From contig OZ250150.1 in the NCBI GenBank assembly GCA_965237675.1, positions 2,464,001-2,528,000 on the forward strand: a stretch of 64,000 nt of DNA. The letters are read 5' to 3'. How positions within the stretch are numbered: position 1 is the stretch's first letter; each line of letters starts with the position of its first letter. The notes beneath the pieces are model-generated. The model ran no database searches. It worked only from the letters and a program-made list of their open reading frames with translations, and was not told the DNA's origin. Positions 59,603 to 64,000 of this stretch are shown one piece after another. The position numbers and the translations under genes were made by a program. The stretch comes from Candidatus Latescibacterota bacterium (lineage in GTDB: Bacteria > Latescibacterota > UBA2968 > GCA-2709665).

Positions 59603-60499
59603 GTGAACAATTTCGAATATTTCGCGCCTCAGACCGTCCGGGAGGCGGTGGAGGTGCTCCAGGCACATCCGGATGCGAAGTTATTGGCCGGAGGTACCGA
59701 CCTGCTCGTTCAGATGAAGGAACGGGTGCGGACTCCCGGCGCACTTGTGGATATCAGACGGATTCCGGGTGTGAATGAACTTGGTTTTGAGAAGAAAACC
59801 GGTCTCACGGTCGGGGCGGCCGTAACGATGCGGCAGGTGGAACTGCTGCCTGCCGCGCAGGTGCATTACGCGGGTCTTGCCGAGGGCGCCCGGGTGGTGG
59901 GTTCGTTCCAGATCCGAAACCTGGCTACCATTGTGGGCAATATCTGCAACGCGGCGCCTTCAGCGGATACGGCGCCCGGTCTGATCGTCCATCGCGCGAA
60001 AGTCAGCATTGCCGGTCCGAACGGGCAGCGGGAGATGCTTGTGGAGAATTTCATGGTCGGCCCCGGTCGGACCACGCTCAAAACGGGCGACTTCGTGATA
60101 GGTATTCAGGTGCCGGTACCGCCCCCGCGGACCGGGTCGGCCTATGTCCGGCATACGCCCCGGGGCGCGATGGATATCGCGATGGTGGGGGTGGGCGCGG
60201 CCGTCACGCTGGCGCCGCGCACCCGGGTATGTCAGGAAGCCCGCATCGTACTGGGGGCCGTGGCGCCGACGCCCCTTCGCGCGAGGGCCGCCGAGAGGAT
60301 GCTTAAGGGACAGCGCCTGACCGACGGGTTGATCGCGGAGGCTGCAGAGGTGGCAGCGGCCGAGGCAAGGCCGATCAGCGACGTTCGCGGCTCGGCGGAG
60401 TTCAGACGGGAGATGGTGCGGGTGCTGGCCGGGCGGATGGTGGCGGCGGCGTTCGGGAATGCGCAGCACCGGTCGGGATCGAAACGGAGGGCGGCATGA
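59603..60499 (+). CDS. Mo-hydroxylase FAD-binding medium subunit (CoxM-like)
   Basis: FEYFAP, LAGGTDL, QIRNLATIVGNICNAAPSAD, PISDVRGSAEFR. Confidence 0.92.
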   Translation: MNNFEYFAPQTVREAVEVLQAHPDAKLLAGGTDLLVQMKERVRTPGALVDIRRIPGVNELGFEKKTGLTVGAAVTMRQVELLPAAQVHYAGLAEGARVVGSFQIRNLATIVGNICNAAPSADTAPGLIVHRAKVSIAGPNGQREMLVENFMVGPGRTTLKTGDFVIGIQVPVPPPRTGSAYVRHTPRGAMDIAMVGVGAAVTLAPRTRVCQEARIVLGAVAPTPLRARAAERMLKGQRLTDGLIAEAAEVAAAEARPISDVRGSAEFRREMVRVLAGRMVAAAFGNAQHRSGSKRRAA

Positions 60500-61014
60500 A
60501 TCACGAGATCGGGTTGAACGTAAACGGAACGTTGTATGAGTTGTCCTTGGAGCCGCGCAAGACGCTGCTGGCCGTGCTTAGGGATCGCCTGGGGTTGATC
60601 GGCACCAAGGAGGGATGTTCGACCGGCGACTGCGGCGCATGTACGGTACTGCTCGACGGTGAGCCGGTGACGTCCTGCCTGGTGCTGGCGGTTGCGGCCG
60701 ATGGACGGGAGATCACAACGGTGGAGGGCATCGCTGACGCGGGCGTCCTGCATCCGGTTCAGGAGGCCATGGTGGGCTTGGGCGGGCTGCAGTGCGGTTT
60801 CTGCACGCCGGGTTTCATCGTCTCGTCCTATGCCCTTCTGCAGAAGAACCCCTCGCCTTCGGAGGAGGAGATCCGGCGGGCGCTGGCCGGCAATCTCTGC
60901 CGGTGCACGGGGTATACGAAAATCGTGGAGGCGGTGCATGAGGCCGCGAAGCGAATGGCTGGAAAAATGGCAGGAAACGGGCTGCCGCATAGATGGACGG
61001 ATTGTCCCAGATGA
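60496..61014 (+). CDS. Mo-hydroxylase 2Fe-2S small subunit (CoxS-like)
   Basis: GTKEGCSTGDCGACTV, QCGFCTPG, GNLCRCTGY. Confidence 0.93.
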   Translation: MNHEIGLNVNGTLYELSLEPRKTLLAVLRDRLGLIGTKEGCSTGDCGACTVLLDGEPVTSCLVLAVAADGREITTVEGIADAGVLHPVQEAMVGLGGLQCGFCTPGFIVSSYALLQKNPSPSEEEIRRALAGNLCRCTGYTKIVEAVHEAAKRMAGKMAGNGLPHRWTDCPR

Positions 61015-61176
61015 GTTCAGTATCGCCGAGCACGCCGTGTCGAATGACGCGGCGTTGTTCGATATCGGAAGTGAAACTGAGAGTGAATCGTTGCGGGGAA
61101 AAGCAACATCACGATTTGCTGAAGAACCTGGATCGGATTCCGTTGGTTGAATCGGAACAGGAAGGCTGCAGGGTCT

Positions 61177-62196
61177 ATGGCGAGGTTCAAGGCGGGCATC
61201 ATCGGATGTGGAGGGCGGGGACGCGCGCATGCGCAGGGTTATGCCGCATCGGCCGACGTGGAGGTCGTGGCGTGCGCGGATCCCGTTGAGGGGGCCGGGC
61301 GGAATCTGGCGGAGCAGTTCGACGTCGGGCGGACATACGCAGACTACCGGGAGATGCTGGCACGCGAAGATCTGGATTTCGTCAGCGTGTGTACCTGGAT
61401 CGGAATGCATCGGGAAATGGTCGTGGCCGCGGCAAAGCGCGGTGTGCAGGCCATCCATGCGGAAAAACCGATGGCCCCGACGTGGGGGGATGCGAAAGCG
61501 CTCTACCGGGCATGTGTGGACCACGACGTCACGATTACGTTCTGCCACCAGCGCCGCTTCGAAGCGCCTTTCATAAAGGCTAAAGCCCTTGTGGACGAAG
61601 GGGCGATCGGGAAGCTTGTACGGGTGGAGGGGGCGTGTCCAAATCTGCTGGACTGGGGCACGCACTGGTTCGACATGTTTTTCTTTTACAATAACGACGA
61701 ACCCGCGGAGTGGGTGCTCGGGCAGATCGACGCGTCGGAAAAACGGGAAATATTCGGCGTGGAAGTGGAGGCAGGCGGGGTGTCCTGGATTCGCTGGCGG
61801 AACGGATTGGAGGGATTACTGACAACCGGCGACGCCGAGCTTCAGGGCGTGTCGAACCGGCTGAACGGTACGGAGGGGATGATCGAAATGGGGGGCGGGC
61901 GTGACAAACCCCCGATCCGGATCATGCGCTCCGGCTCGGGCTGGGAGGATCCGGATCTGGGAGGCCCCCAGGTGAATCCAACCGTGCTCTCGGTCCTGGA
62001 TCTGGTGGATTGCGTCAAGACGGGGCGCGAACCGGTGTTGAGCGGCCGAAATGCCTTACAGGCGACGGAACTGATCTTTGCAACCTACGAATCCAGCCGC
62101 CGCCGCGGGAGGGTGGACCTGCCGCTCGACGTGGAAGATTCGGCCCTGTTGACAATGCTGGAAGACGGGACGATCGGGACGGAGAGAAGCAAGTGA
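61177..62196 (+). CDS. Gfo/Idh/MocA family oxidoreductase
   Basis: GIIGCGG, AEKPMA, HQRRF, DWGTHWFD. Confidence 0.9.
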   Translation: MARFKAGIIGCGGRGRAHAQGYAASADVEVVACADPVEGAGRNLAEQFDVGRTYADYREMLAREDLDFVSVCTWIGMHREMVVAAAKRGVQAIHAEKPMAPTWGDAKALYRACVDHDVTITFCHQRRFEAPFIKAKALVDEGAIGKLVRVEGACPNLLDWGTHWFDMFFFYNNDEPAEWVLGQIDASEKREIFGVEVEAGGVSWIRWRNGLEGLLTTGDAELQGVSNRLNGTEGMIEMGGGRDKPPIRIMRSGSGWEDPDLGGPQVNPTVLSVLDLVDCVKTGREPVLSGRNALQATELIFATYESSRRRGRVDLPLDVEDSALLTMLEDGTIGTERSK

Positions 62197-62267
62197 CTTG
62201 ACGCGAATTCGGTCGGTTGGCGGGTCCTGATGATATGCAACCGACGCCACCAGACTGGAAGGCAACC

Positions 62268-62555
62268 ATGCTACCGGAGAACCGGATTCCGACGCATCCA
62301 GGGGAGGTCCTCCTGGAAGAATTCCTGAAACCCATGGGTATGACCCAGGTGGCGTTCGCCAGGCACATCGAAGTACCGCTTCAGAGAGTTAACGAGATCG
62401 TGAACGGAAAGCGCGGGGTAACCCCCGAGACTGCGTGGCTGTTTTCCCAAGCGCTGGGCACAGCGCCGGAGTTATGGTTAAACCTCCAGCGAAATCATGA
62501 CTTGGCCAAGAACCGACCCGACAAGGAAATCCGAAAGCTTCGAGCGGTGGGATAG
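62268..62555 (+). CDS. higA: HigA-family antitoxin (orphan)
   Basis: PTHPGEVLLEEFLKP, HTH, NEIVNGKRGVTPETA, WLNLQ. Confidence 0.9.
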   Translation: MLPENRIPTHPGEVLLEEFLKPMGMTQVAFARHIEVPLQRVNEIVNGKRGVTPETAWLFSQALGTAPELWLNLQRNHDLAKNRPDKEIRKLRAVG

Positions 62556-62579
62556 ACCCGGGTCAACAAGGAGGATCCT

Positions 62580-63209
62580 GTGAGTTTTCAGGTGTATGAT
62601 TATCGGACGGATGTGTGCAACATGCTCGTCACGCCCCAGATCCGGTCGCGTTTCGTGCGGATGGAGCCGGGCGAATCCGCGTCGTTGCACAGCCACGACC
62701 TGGGCCATGAGATCTTTCTCGTGCTGGCCGGCCGCGCGGAATTCAGGATCGACGGCGGAATTCGGGAGGTGGGCCCCGGGCAGTTGTGCGTGGCCCTTGC
62801 GGATGAGATCCACTCGGTGCGGACCGTGGGGGATGAGCCGATGACGATGTACCTGTCGGTCACGCCGCACATCCAGCCCACGCATACCGGGAGGACTACG
62901 GACGGCGTGCGGATGCCGACCCGCTTCGCGCCTTCAGGTTCGTACGACGTGGAGCCGGACGACGCGGTGCCGATGGGGGAAGTGGTCAATCGCAGTCTGG
63001 AAGCGGCTCGGGCCCTGGCGAAAGATGCGGCGGCCCTTGCGCAGGTGCAGGAGGAGACGGCGGGTCGCCTTCACGGAGACAGGAAGGAGGCCGTCGAAGC
63101 CCGCGAGGCGGTATGGGAGGCGCTGTACAGGGTGTTCAGACAGGCGTACGATCTGGCGGATGGATGGAACGCGCTGGCGGATCGGGTCGAACGGATGCAG
63201 GGCGGTTAG
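62580..63209 (+). CDS. Cupin-domain protein with a helical C-terminus
   Basis: LHSHDLGHEIFLVLAG and GQLCVALADEIHSV cupin motifs; AGGAGG RBS. Confidence 0.85.
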   Translation: MSFQVYDYRTDVCNMLVTPQIRSRFVRMEPGESASLHSHDLGHEIFLVLAGRAEFRIDGGIREVGPGQLCVALADEIHSVRTVGDEPMTMYLSVTPHIQPTHTGRTTDGVRMPTRFAPSGSYDVEPDDAVPMGEVVNRSLEAARALAKDAAALAQVQEETAGRLHGDRKEAVEAREAVWEALYRVFRQAYDLADGWNALADRVERMQGG

Positions 63210-63281
63210 GCACCGGTGAATTGGATCCGGCGCGATCTTTTTCGAGCTCCCGATCCGGAACACATAGACAGGGGAAATTCG

Positions 63282-64000
63282 ATGGCTCCCGTCAAGCTGG
63301 GCGTGGTGGGTTGCGGCGCAATCGCGCAGGTGCAGCATCTGCCGAATCTGGCGGGGTTGAGACAGGAGTTTGAGGTCACGACCGTATGCGATCTGTCGCC
63401 CGGATTGGCTGACTGGGCCGCGAAGACATTCCATGTGCCCGCGGCGGTGACGGATTTTCGCAGGCTTGTCAGGTCGGACGACGTGGAGGCGGTGCTCCTG
63501 TGCCATTCAGACCCGAAGACCGAAGCGGCCGTGGCGGCGCTGGAGGCGGGGAAACATGTGCTCATTGAAAAGCCCGTCTGCTTTTCGCTCCGGGAGGCGG
63601 ATGCGATCGCTCGGGCGGCCGATGGGGCCTGCGTTGTGGCGCAGGCGGGGTACATGAAGGTGTACGATCCGGCGTTCGAGACCGCGAAAGCCGAGGTGGA
63701 CGGGATGGCGGATATTCGATTCGTTCAGGTGAATCATCTGCACCCGGACAACCGGCTCCATCTGCGCCAGTACAGGCTTAAGCGGTTTGACGATTTGCCG
63801 GCGGCACAGGTCGCGAAGACGCAGGCAGACAGACAGGCGGCGGTACTTGAGGCGATCGGTGAGGCGTCCGAAGACGCGCTTCGCGCTTTTTTCACGCTTT
63901 CGGGAAGCATGATTCATGATTTGTACTGTCTTCGTGTGATGTTGGGGATGCCGGAGTCGGTGATCAGCACGGAGGTGTGGAACGAAGGGCGGGCGATTTC
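63282..64000 (+). CDS. Gfo/Idh/MocA family oxidoreductase (3' end outside the window)
   Basis: Absent from the ORF track; hand translation MAPVKLGVVGCGAIAQVQHLPNL...GKHVLIEKP...GYMKVYDP...GSMIHD. Confidence 0.88.
   Translation, partial: MAPVKLGVVGCGAIAQVQHLPNLAGLRQEFEVTTVCDLSPGLADWAAKTFHVPAAVTDFRRLVRSDDVEAVLLCHSDPKTEAAVAALEAGKHVLIEKPVCFSLREADAIARAADGACVVAQAGYMKVYDPAFETAKAEVDGMADIRFVQVNHLHPDNRLHLRQYRLKRFDDLPAAQVAKTQADRQAAVLEAIGEASEDALRAFFTLSGSMIHDLYCLRVMLGMPESVISTEVWNEGRAI

Noticed and set aside
57395-61014. Aerobic CO dehydrogenase (coxLMS)
   Set aside because: Lacks the AYxCSFR Cu-binding loop and cox accessory genes.

Overview
This is GC-rich bacterial DNA. The gene content suggests an FCB-group/Latescibacterota-like lineage, which is inference only. 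(1) 1-24000: one long minus-strand run behind a clean sigma70 promoter: ndk-yceD-rpmF-fabH-fabD-fabG-acpP-fabF-rnc, a lipoate-ligase-family gene, an uncharacterised module (GlmL-like ASKHA ATPase, barrel-sandwich protein, DUF6754-like protein, three membrane proteins) interleaved with a complete Opp/Dpp ABC transporter, and an HExxH-peptidase/TolB-propeller envelope protein missing from the ORF track. (2) 24100-30900: penicillin acylase, small membrane genes, a PhzF fragment and a glutamine amidotransferase in repeat-rich DNA (heptamer arrays, REP-like palindromes, a three-copy ~155-330 bp element); a MITE with a CTAA target duplication lies earlier, at 13607-13878. (3) ~30900-40200: a visibly more AT-rich defence island (GmrSD-like, HsdR-N nuclease with a SeqA-like tail, single-chain REase-MTase, HEPN-like protein, decayed toxin-antitoxin pair). 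(4) 40667-47491, the most striking feature: four co-oriented genes (fatty acyl-CoA reductase, atypical acyltransferase, animal-type alkyl-DHAP synthase, DHRS7B-like SDR) that match step for step the eukaryotic peroxisomal ether-lipid pathway. (5) 47500-64000: bioD, bioA, acetamidase, BNR-repeat protein, divergent pgi, glcB, a Mo-hydroxylase L-M-S trio, orphan higA, a cupin and three Gfo/Idh/MocA oxidoreductases. All family calls come from motif recognition by eye; no database search was run.
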